This document shows, in pieces, positions 11,801 to 24,100 of a stretch of DNA of 64,000 nucleotides; positions within the stretch are counted from its first letter, which is position 1; each line of letters opens with the position of its first letter. A program made the position numbers and the translations under genes. Source of the stretch: Octopus sinensis (Eukaryota); NCBI RefSeq assembly GCF_006345805.1, contig NC_042997.1, positions 182,838,001 to 182,902,000 on the forward strand, written 5' to 3'. The notes below the pieces were generated by a model. That model was not told the DNA's origin. It made no database searches and was given only the letters and a program-made list of their open reading frames with translations.

Positions 11801-14800
11801 GTTGCAATTTAAAGTGTCTTTTAATCAAAACACATAAATCAATATATTAAATCAACTGAGAAAACAAACAGAGAAATACAGAAAGTAAATTGTAACAAAG
11901 CAACAACTCTTTCGCTAACGGCCAGGCGCCATGTCATAGTTATTTGAAAAGTTATATTTAGTTCTGAGAATCGACTGCACCATCTTTCTATCACAACACA
12001 CCCACGTCGCTGTTTCATCAATGACATTGCAAGTTCTAGAAGCAAAATCCTGTTTCATGAATAACAAAAGAAGCTGGTCCTATGTAAACTTTGCTGATAT
12101 AATCTTCAGAAAGATCAACTAAGATTAAATGTTGACTGATTTTAAATTAGCTGATTTCAGTGACGTTGGCTGGGAGACACAGTAATGAAAGAATGAAGAC
12201 ATTGCAACAGCAACAAAACAAAAGACACACAAAAAAAAAAAGGAAGCAAAACAGAGAAACAAAAATAAAAAAAAAGAAGCATTTTGATGAATAATTCCTA
12301 GCTTAGTTGCAATTCAGTATGAAGAAAAGTATTGATTCCTACATAGCTAATAGCCGCTATAACTCATTTTTGATGGGAAATAATCATTCTCTACTCCTCC
12401 GTGATTATAATTTGAGATGATGGCCTGGAAATATTCTCATTATACAAGGAATTTCTGATTGCAAACCCACCTCTGAATGGTAACAGTTGACAATGATGTT
12501 TATTCCAGCACAAGGTGGTCAATGTCATTATATTGCAACAGTTACACATATTTGAATTATGTTGTTGTAGATATTGCTGTTGTTGTTGTTGTCATTGTCA
12601 CAGTCAACTTTCTCAAAGTTGTTGTTGCTGCTGTTGCTGTTACTGTTGCTGTTGAGTGAAGCGGTCTTCGTCCCAGAGCTCGCAAGATCCGGCCTCTGTT
12701 GTGGGAGAAGTCCGAAACGTGGTCCTTTGCTATTCGTAAGACCCGCAGAAGAGAAAGCAGGTCAACCCCCGACACCAAGAGCATCGACAGAGGGATGAAT
12801 GCGCATCCAGGCTCAGCGGTTGCATAGGAAGTCGGGGACAAGAAACAGGAAGAAAGAGTGAAAGAAAGTTGGGGTGAAAGAGTACAACAGGGGTCGCCAC
12901 CACCCCCTGCCAGAGCCTCATGGAGCTTTAGGTGTTTTCGATCAATAAACACACACAACACTCGGTCTGGGAATCGAAACCTCGATCCTCCGACCGCAAG
13001 TCTGCTGCCCTACCATTGGGCCATTGTGCCTCCACTTGCTGTTGCTGCTGCTGTTGTTAGGGTTTTTTTAGCCCCAGGTCAGTTCTGAATGAACAGATCC
13101 ATGATCAATAACATTCCATCCATCACCATTCTGTCTCTTTTTTCTCAGATATTGTATATCTAAGACTGCTATTTAATGTTCCTACCTGTTCCAAGCTGGT
13201 AGGTTGTAATTCGAGGGAAATTTGGCTGCTATTTCTACCAGATTGAAAGAACCATATAGAAGCTTCTTTATCAGCTTAGCTTAGTGTTGTAGTTATATCT
13301 GATGCTTTTGTTGTTGCATTCAGTTTTATGGAATCAGAAACTTTGTTAAAATTGATACCACAAAGCCTTGAGATATTGTATTGAGTTCATTGTGTTACAC
13401 TATAGTGGAATGTATTTTGACATACTGGGGTATAGCACTGCAGTAGTGAACAATTGTGTATATTATAGTGAGATATTCTGTAGTGTGATTATGTGTTGTG
13501 TACAGGGGTATTGTATAGTTACTTGTTCTGCAGTGTTGTTTGCTGTGGTAAGGTGAAGGTAGTGTAGTGAGATGTGCTTTGATCCTGTAAAATAATATTT
13601 GGTTTAGTACTGCAACAGAGTGGTGGTGGTGATGTTGGTGGTGGTGGTGGTTTTGGTGGTGTTGTAGTGGTGGTGGTGGTGGTGGTGGTGGTGGTGGTGC
13701 TGCTGCTGCTGCTGCTGCTGCTGTTTTTGTTGTTAAGCAACAAGACAGGTAAGGGTGATTAGGTGATGGTCCAGGGCTTATGGGTGGGAGACCCCAGACC
13801 TTGAAAAAAGAAAAACTTGGTCGTCTTGTAGTTGAGGGCTCTTCGTTGATGCCCGACACCACTGGGGGGTGGCCCTCGAAGTCGCTGGAAATGGAGATCG
13901 CCAGGTCCAAATTCTTGAACGGCTGGTACTGCTGCTGGTGCTGGTGGTGCTGTGCTACTGCTGATGATGCTGATGATGCTGATACTGATGACGATGTTGA
14001 TGATGATGATGATGATGATGATGATGCTTTGGTTGTTTCGTTGTCATAGTCAAGCAAACTTATAGCATGTAGATGGAGTTCAACATTTTTATAATTGTCC
14101 ATTTTTTTTTCACATCAATCCTAGTCCCACATGTATATATACCTTACATCTATAAAAATATATCCTCATATTCCCTTGGCATTTCCATCATGGGCAAAAT
14201 CCATGTGAACAAAAATTTAACAAATTGTACCACTAAAGACAATCTAAAAACCATCAACTTCTCAATGGCCACAAATACATTAAATTTTTAAATTATATAG
14301 AAATGTTAAATACCCACAAGGAGCAGCTCAGTGGATCACCTGTGGGCCACAACTTACCTGTTACCAAGCCCTGATGTATATCGTCAGGTGTTGGCAAACA
14401 ATTGAATTATTAGATGTGGTACAGTGTGGTATTGTGTAGTATATAGCAGAGGTGTGTTGTTTGGTGTAGTGCAGTGAGATGTAGTGGAATGCACAGAATG
14501 CAGTTTAGTGCTGTGTAATGTGATATGATTGATTTAGTACTATGACAATGTAGTATTATGTAATGTTGTTATGTGGTGTGGCAAAGTACAGTGTGCTGGA
14601 TTGTTTGGTAGTGTGGTGTAGTACTAGAGCATGTACTGTGGTGAGATTGATATGTGATACAGAGGAACAGTATTTAGACATTGAAGACAATTCAGAGTTG
14701 TCTCTCTTGCAGTGCACAGAGCTGATGATAGCCAATTAGTTAGAAATGTATTCACAGTTCTGCCAAAGGAGCGTGCCTTGATATGATCATTGGTGTTTTT

Positions 14801-16308
14801 CAACACCTATTGCATAAAACAGGAAAGGTTATCCATGGCAAATTAGCAGTGAATACAGCCTTTGTACAAGTTAAATATGTCCCAAACATATCTTTTAGTT
14901 GTTTGTTTATTTAGATACCATATTTTTCAATTGACAAATTGTTTTCTCCTATTTTCAGGCATTTTAACAATTATCAATGTACTGAGTGTACGGGCAGCAA
15001 TGAGAATACAAGATGTGTTCACCACAGCAAAAATATTGGCTCTTGTGATAATCATAGTGGCTGGTGTAGTCCAGCTTGCTAGAGGTAAATCTATTATTAA
15101 TTATTTACTTTTATATTTCACTTGGTGACTAAGTGTTGTCCAAAGATCCAGTCATTGCATGTATTGATAGCAAGAGTAACAAGGGAGTATGTGTGCAACA
15201 TGGTATAGATCAAATATCACCAGGAATTTCATTCAAAAAGTACCAGTTTTTCATTTTAATTATCTATTTTTATATCTTTCACTAATATACTTCAGCAAAA
15301 GATATCCAAATGTCACTTACAAGGCATCAATCAACTCTAGGCTTTGGTATAAGGGACCTTGCACTAGGATCAAACCTCTGAATCAAATGGTTATGAAACA
15401 AAATGCTTAAGTATACAACTAACTATATTTCATCTCATTTAATATCATTCAAACACTATCAAAGGCCATGTGTCTGAACAATTAATGAACTAAGCCAACA
15501 CATTTTTTTAATATAACTGATTTTATATAGCTTCTGTCAAGAAAAGGTAAAGACAAATGTTACTCTCAATATGCTGGTTGAGCAAATAATGTTAGGAAGG
15601 TATATATATGTAAAAAAAAAAACATAGGTAAAATATTTCCTGCATCATCATTATTGTTTTAATACATGTTTTTTGATGTTGGTTTGTTTCAATAAATTAC
15701 TGATATAAATTACTTCACATATTTCTTCTCAAAAATCAGTAACTTGTTTTCTTTCTTAGGTGAAGTGCAGTTTTTTAAAGAACCATTTGAAGGCACAAGT
15801 ATGAGTGCAACAAAAATATCCCTGGCATTTTATTCTGGACTCTACTCCTATTTTGGATGGTATGCAATTTACTCAACCATATATTTTTATAGTTTTTATA
15901 GACTCAAAATATTTTTACCCACTCTTTTAAGCAGAAGCTTTAACTAGTATAAATCATCCAAAAAGTTCTGTTAACATCAGCCAAAATTTCACCTATCAAT
16001 ACTTAACAATGTAATCATGACAAGTTGTCCTTGAATATTTTTGTAAAGTTAAGGAAGTCATGTTTACATAGATATGAAGGCTTTTTTTTACTATGAAACT
16101 AAAAACTGATATTACTAAAAGACTTCCCTTTGGTAAGCATATTATTCAATATTACACTCTCGGAGTTGTTGGCGTTAGGAAGGGCATCCAGCTATAGAAA
16201 CTCTGCCAGATCAAGATTGGAGCCTGGTGCAGCCATCTGGTTTGCCAGCCCTCAGTCAAAATCGTCCAACCCATGCTAGCATGGAAAGCAGACATTAAAC
16301 GACGATGA

Positions 16309-16342
<34 letters not shown>

Positions 16343-18865
16343 GGTGACGACGACGACGACGACATCTACACAGTAACATATATCAGAAGAAAATAACATT
16401 AAAATTTAAATGCAGCTGGATCTAAGATTAGACCCAGTTTTCCATTGACACCATTCACTGTTTAATCTTCTGGACAATGTCTTCTGATGTTTCTTTACAG
16501 CAGCTAATCATATATCATATCAATTATCATAATGATCACAACACTTAGCTAAGAACAATAAGATACCTAGATTTCTATTGCTAATTGAGTCTTTAGACAG
16601 CAATGTTGATTCTTAGTTCTGAACAACATTCTGTGAGCAAGAAACAAAACTGATGAGTAGAAGGTATCAATTTTGCAGGACAACAGCTAAAAGTGTACAA
16701 ATATATTCATGGATTATATAATGTGTTCAGAAGTTCTTCATCATTATGATGCTAGACTAGTTTTCTAGTTTCAAATTCTAGACCACTAAAACAAACTCTA
16801 AAGAGTTTAAAGATATCAATACAGAAACTGATGACCAAAATAATATGATTTTAGTTGTGGTAATGCATTATCACCATAACTTTATCCTGATGATGAAACT
16901 GTGAAGGTCCTGATATGCTAATGGATGAATAGTGATGGTGGTGATGTAGATATTTAAATTAATGCTATCATTTTTTTTTTTTTTTTTTTGATATTTAAAA
17001 TGCTATACAATTTTTAATTTGCTGATTCTGTTTTTCAGGAATTTTTTGAATTTTGTCACTGAAGAGCTTGACGACCCATACAAGTAATATTTTCCTTTCT
17101 AAAAAATTAAAAAAAAAAAGAAAATAATTTTGTTTCATTTAGCTTTTAGTTGTTAACTTGATATTCTTTTATTCTTTTATTTGTTTCAGTCATATGACTG
17201 TGGCCATGCTGGAGCACAGCCTTAAGATATATCTAGTTAATTTTCTGACTCTTCCACATGCATGCATTATCTGTATGCAACAGAATACAAACTCTGCTAC
17301 AGTAAACAACAACCTTGCAAACATTGATCAGCTGACTGTGGCACCTTTCCCTTACAAACTTGTGGCTTGTGCATATGTGAGAAATCATTACCCTGTGTAA
17401 CACAATTTTTGTCCTTGAATAGCAACTGTTGTTTTCTGTTTACTGACCCCTAAAAAGTATGAAAAAGGGCTAATATTTCCTTCAAACTATTCTTTTGTTA
17501 TGATATTTATTCGAACTTCTCAACACATGACTATGATGCTCTCCCACACCCTGCTCATTATCAGAGATGCACATACTGTCAGCCACTTAGGAACATGTTC
17601 AAGTGGTTAAGGTCAAGCAATTGACAAGCAAGTCTGTGGTATTGAGCAGAACATTTGCTATAACAATATTTCGGCTTCAGCAACTCAGCACTGAAAATAG
17701 GTCAGTTTCAAAACATTGATGTGCAGGTCGAGAACAAGAAAGCAATTGCCCAAGAACAGGTACTCAAATGTCTTAGGTCAGTCCAAGTATGTGTTAGAAA
17801 ACACTTTCCCAAAGCTCCAGATAATGGAATCAAACTCAGAAACACATGATTGCAAAGCAAACTTCTTAACCACATAGCCTTGACAGCACACATTGTATAA
17901 AACCAAAATAAATAGGAGATCTTAAAGAAGTAATTAAGAGAAAACATTGTCTAATTTATTGTTAATTCTTAAAATTTACTTGAATCAGTTTTATTGCAAT
18001 GAAGAAGAGAAAACTGTTCACTTTATCATTAGGATTTATTGAAGTCAAAACATGGAATGAACTTACTTTTGAAATATCTAAATGATAATTATTTCTCATT
18101 TAAGGAATTTACCCCGAGCTATCTACATCTCACTTCCATTGGTAACTGGTCTCTTTGTGTTGGTTAATATAGCTTACTTCACTGTTGTCTCTCCTTTTGA
18201 AATGCTTCATTCAAATGCTGTTGGTGTGGTAAGTAATTCCTAATTGATTTCTATAATAAAGTGTGTGTGTGTGTGTGTGTGTAAAGACCCTTTCCAGTCA
18301 TGAATGATCATGGGATTGCACCTAGAAAGTTCCCCTCTGAGGCACAAGTCTAGGTAAGGTTGTTTATGGATGACCAGCAGTCGCCCATGCATACCTGTCT
18401 CCCCTCTCCACGCTAGCAATGTTGGAAAAGTAAAGGCCAATACAGCTTGCCACCAGTTTGTGTATGTGCACATATGTTCCTTAAGCATTCAAAAACTTAG
18501 TTGTCGATTTTGATGTATGGGTTATCAAAAGATTCAGTAATCTTTCAGCTATCAAATGAATTTTATTTTCATTTACATATTTGCATTACAAAAATTTAAC
18601 ATTATAATCTTTCTATAAGTCAACTATCGTAAACAGCATTTTATACCACAACAACAATGACAAGGTCACATCTATATCTATATATTAGCAGATGTCTGTG
18701 TATCTGAATGTCTGTGCATAATGTCAATGAGGGAGTGGGATGAGAGATAAAGAAACAGAGAAGCAAAGTGAGGCAGTGACTCTTTACTTCTCCTGCTCCA
18801 TTACCTCATTTGTCACAACGTTTTTTGATAGAGGGAGAAATGTAAATAATGTGTGTGAGTGAGTT

Positions 18866-18908
<43 letters not shown>

Positions 18909-20946
18909 AACAAACGTAGACTAAAAGAGAGGAACCATTACAGAGGATGAGAGAATATGTGTGAGCAAGATAAACACAGAATGAGAAAAACACAGAGATA
19001 AGGAAACAGAAAGAGAAAGCAAGATTCTATAGGAGAAGTTGAAAGAGAGAGGGATAGTGGAGAGGAGAGAGAGAGATGCTGATGTTTGATACTGTATGTA
19101 TGTTCTATAAGTGAAGGTGAAAGAAAGCCAGTGCAAAGAGAGGGGGAAAGCAGGAGAGAAAGAGATGCTGTTTGATACAGCATGTATAAGTTTTAATTTT
19201 CAAAAATTTTAATTTACAAAAAGTTTCCGAAAAAAATGTTCTGACTCTCTACAAGAGGAGACAGGGTAGATGTAGATGATCAGTATTCTACAGTGAAGCA
19301 AAGACAAGTACAGGTAGCCACAGTAAGGTCACTAGAGACCCCTGCACAATGACAGCAAAGATATGAGAATGACCGAAGGAGAGCTGTGGCATGCAGGGCC
19401 AATGAGTCACAAGAGGCAAAGGAAAAACAGTTAGAACAATTACGTCAACAAAATGCAATCTGCAGGAGCTAAAAGTCAAAAAGGAAAGAAGAAAATGTTT
19501 AAAGGATGCAAGACAAAGACAAGCTGCCAGAGTTGTCAACGAAACAATAGGTCAGTGATAGATGAGACAATAAAAAAAAAACAGCAGCAAACAGTTGCTG
19601 CAAGAATTTGTCAGTCCTCAGAGGAAAGACGTAAGTGTCTTCATCAAAATAGGCTGAATATGTTTGACAAAAGAGTTGCACTTTTTAAGGCGACTTAGAA
19701 ATGATCAGCTTTCAACTATGATCCAAAACATGATTATTCTACAGAAATTGATTGATAATGGAATAATGTCAAAAGAGTGCAGCTTTTGTAAAGGAAAGAA
19801 ATGGGAAAGAGATGTGTTGTGGTAGAAGAATGGTTATTTTACTGACGTTTGGTACACCCTCAGATACTTTGAAGGGATTGCTTTTGGGAAACACACGAAG
19901 GAATGTGCACTTTTTGAAAAACATTAGGAACTATTATTCTGCCTTTCAAATGAGCTCCTTTGATAGCAATATTATAGGAGAAGGGAACATGAAGCCAACT
20001 TTTAAAGTTCAAGGTCAAGTATACCATTGTATTTGATCTTTGTTGCCAACTGAAGGCAAATTCCTCAGTTTTTTACAGCTGTGTTTTGTAGCAAATTACA
20101 AGGAGCAGGTTTTGCAATGGTCATTTAACATTCCAAATATGAAAGAAAAGTTTATCTTTGATCTGTTGCATGCAAACAATAACTGCATCAGAAGCTTCAA
20201 GTATGCACTGGAGTTTGCACCACCCACTATAAGGTAGTTATTGATGCAGGCAAAAAGCCTATTGCTGAGCACAGAGGCTGCTACAATGCCCCTGCTGCAA
20301 ATGAAGTAGCAGCAATTATTACAGGCAACGAGTATGGGAAGAGAGATATTATTATTCAAGGAATAGGAAATAAGATTCAGCAGAAAAATGCAAACCATCG
20401 ATCATATGATGCACTCCAGTATCCATTAATCTGTGTATTTGGCCAAGATAGATATCACTTTGATATAAAAAAAAAACAGATACGTAGGCTTGGAGGCAAA
20501 GTTCTTACCACACCCCCACACCTGCACCATACTTATAAAATAAAAGTGTCGTTGTATTTATCTTATAAATAATTTCAGTTAAATTTCCTGTTACACATTT
20601 GTTTCTATTTCATTTAATTTCCAGATATTTGGAAACAAACTCTTTGGTGTAATGTCTTGGATTGTTCCAATATTTGTGGCTTTGTCAACATTTGGAGGAG
20701 TGAATGGAATGCTCTTTACTTCTGGCAGGTAAAACACAAGTACATACATATGCGAGCATGCACGCATACACAAATAGATACACATGTACATAGTCAACAG
20801 ACAAATATTAAAAGTAACACAAATTTCATTTTGGTATCATTAAAACTTTTGCATATATACTCTTATATACACACATGCAAACTGACACTCAGGTACACAT
20901 TCTCTATCTCATACGCACTCTTTTTCTTATACACACACACACATGA

Positions 20947-20977
<31 letters not shown>

Positions 20978-21009
20978 CCCTCTCTCTTTCTCTCTCTCTC
21001 TTTCTTTCC

Positions 21010-21051
<42 letters not shown>

Positions 21052-21153
21052 GGCATTCACACTTTGTCCCTCCCATGCGCTCTGTCTCATACACACACAG
21101 ACACACATACTCACCCATCAAATTATTCACACACACACACACTGACACACACT

Positions 21154-21195
<42 letters not shown>

Positions 21196-24100
21196 GAAGC
21201 ACAAGCACTCTGACATACTTTCACTCACAAATCCTAAAGTAATGCATGTCTCCCCCAGCCACTGCTAATTAAGACTTTTTTTATTTCCCTGTGTAGTTAA
21301 AGCATGAATTTCTTTTAGTTATAATATATTCCACTACATATATTTAATTATTGCTTGAGAATCTTGACACCTGTCACTCACAATATCTTCATTATTTTCT
21401 TGCAGACAATCTGCTTCCCCTCCTCCCCTTTTTATCAACCATGAACTCAACCTATATTGAGGAAGGGCTTGGATAGTAATTAACAAACAGGATCTATTTT
21501 CCAGAAAAATGGTTCAATCTAAAATCTTTTGTGATGTAACAACACTAAAAATATAATTTACCAGTTACAAAAGCAATTTAATTTCACTGATTTCACCAAG
21601 AAGAGAACAATGACCCACCAAAGGAGCACTGATAAAGTCTAAATTTCTATCAACTAGTTCTGAATTCCCTGCTAAAATTCCTACATATTCTTTTGTTGAT
21701 AAAATTAGTATTGTTAAAATTAGATTCAGTTACTGTGGAATGTGGTCACAAATTAGATGATTTATAGTGTATAGAAGTTTACTGCATGAAATGAATACTT
21801 GTTTCTCTTGGATTTTATATATCCTCTGTCATTGATATTTAGCCCAAGGAGGGCAGTGTGCTGGCAGAATCGTCAGCATGGTAGGCAAAATGCTTAGCAG
21901 CATTTTGTTTGTCTTTACATTCTGAATTCAAATGCTGCCTAGGTTGACTCTGCCTTTCATCCTTTTGAGGTTGATAGAATAAGTACCAGTTGATCACTGG
22001 AGTTAATGTAATCAGCTTACCCCCCCCCCAATCCTGAAATTACTGGCTTTGTGCCAAAATTTAAAACCAATATGTGGTGTTATGGGCTGTGATGAGCTAT
22101 GTGGTGTTGGTGGAGAGGATTGCAGATGAGGTAGACGGAAGTGAAGACTGCAGGGGCCGGAAGAACAGCCATGGGGCATGTGTGGGCAGGAAGCACGTGC
22201 AGCAGTTCGAGGAGAATTGATTCTTGTTTCTAGCTTATTGAACGACCACATGAAGTCTGCCCTGGCTGTTGTCTAGTTGAAAAAAATCCGCATACACGCA
22301 TGTGCAAGTGAACAACAAGTTTGGAGTCTGTTGATCACTGTCAAGAAATAAACATGTCCTTGCACGCTGCCATCTCTCCTCAAACTGCCGCATGTGCTTC
22401 TTGCCCACGCATGCCCCGTGGCTGTTGTGCCAGCCCCTGCTGTCTTCACTTCCGTCTACCTCATCTACAATCCTCTCCACCAACACCATATAGCTCATCA
22501 CAGCCCATAACAACACAAACACCACACAATATTTAACCCCAGGCTAACTCTGGACAAGATCTACAATGAAAATTTTATACTGTAGGTACATATTTCTATT
22601 TCTATGCCATACATATTCTTTTTTCTTTGTTGCCCACAAGGGGCTAAACATAGATGGGACAAACAAGGACAGACAAAGGGATCAAGTCAATTACATCGAC
22701 TCCAGTGCATAACTGGTACTTAATTTATCGACCCTGAAAGGATGAAAGGCAAAGTTGACCTCGGCAGAATTTGAACTCAGAATGTAACGGCAGACAAAAT
22801 ACTGCTAAGCATTTCGCCTGGCATGCTAACGTTTCTGCCAGCTCGCCACCTTTCTATGCCATACATATTCTACCATTGCTGACTTTGTTATTTCATGATT
22901 TTAAATTATTCAATGCTCTGTGATTCTAATATTTAATGTTTATAAAGTGGCAAGCTGGTAGAATCATTAGCATGCCAAGAAAAATGCTTAGTGACATTTT
23001 ATCTGTCTCTACGGCCTGAGTTCAAATTCCACCAGGGTTGACTCTGCCTGTCATCCTTTCAGAGTCAATAAAATAAATACCAGTTGAATATTGGGTCGAT
23101 GTAATCTACAAACCCCCTCTCTCGAAATTGGTGTCCTCGTGCCAAAATGTAAAACCAATATTTAGAGTTATCCTATTTCATTTTTTTAAGCCCTACTCAA
23201 TGTACACAGGATATAATTTTCTTGTCACTCATCTCTTGAATAAATATAATTCTGGGAAAAAAATTCAGAATTTAGTGTTTGTCCTGGACAATATTCTGAG
23301 GATAAATGACTGTTAAATACATGTCTCCTTTAGATATATCCTTACAACAAGGCTGCATCAATGTGGATTTTAGTTCTTACCTCCACCAATTATTGTTATT
23401 ATTATTGTTATTATTTTTTGTATAAAAATATTGAAGGGTTAAAATATGAGTCTAAGAGTCCAACAGGCATTTCGTTTTCATATCAGTAAGATGTCTATAA
23501 GCTTAAATTCACTTACTGGTAGGAAATGTGTACCATATCTTCTGGAAACATTCTTCAGCTTCATAATTACTTGGTAAATGCAATAATAAACCATTAAAGA
23601 ATATACTTGTCTAGAAAACAAAAATACTGCAGATGGTCTATCTGTCTAAAGGAGTACAAGGAGTCTTCTTTAATCCAAATGCACATGTATGTATCCAATT
23701 TCTTTATTGCCCACTAGGGACTAAACATAGAGGGGACAAACAAGGACAGACAAAAGGATTAAGTCAATGACATCGACCCCAGTGCGAAACTGGTATTTAA
23801 TTTATCGACCCCAAAAGGATTAAAGGTAAAGTCAACCTCGGCGGAATTTGAACTCAGAACATAACGGCAGACGAAATACCGCTAAGCATTTTGCCCACAA
23901 TGCTAACGTTTCTGCCAGCTCGCCGCCTTTATGTATGTATGTATGTATGTTTATATGCAAGTATGTATGTATGCATGCATACAAGCATATACTTCACATT
24001 ACTCTTGTTATTAAAAGAATTATTTCCAGTTCAACCTGAAAAATTATCCCTATTATGCAAATATTTCTGTTTCTTCTTTTCAGATTATTTTTTGTTGGAG

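Noticed and set aside
13395-14102. 235-aa minus-strand ORF with poly-S/Q/A/P/H tracts resembling a transcription factor
   Set aside because: The frame stays open because of trinucleotide microsatellites; there is no domain and no splice context, and it is antisense within an intron.
14410-14680. Degenerate GTAGT/GTGGT low-complexity tract (also 13370-13620)
   Set aside because: Decayed simple repeat with no further structure evident.
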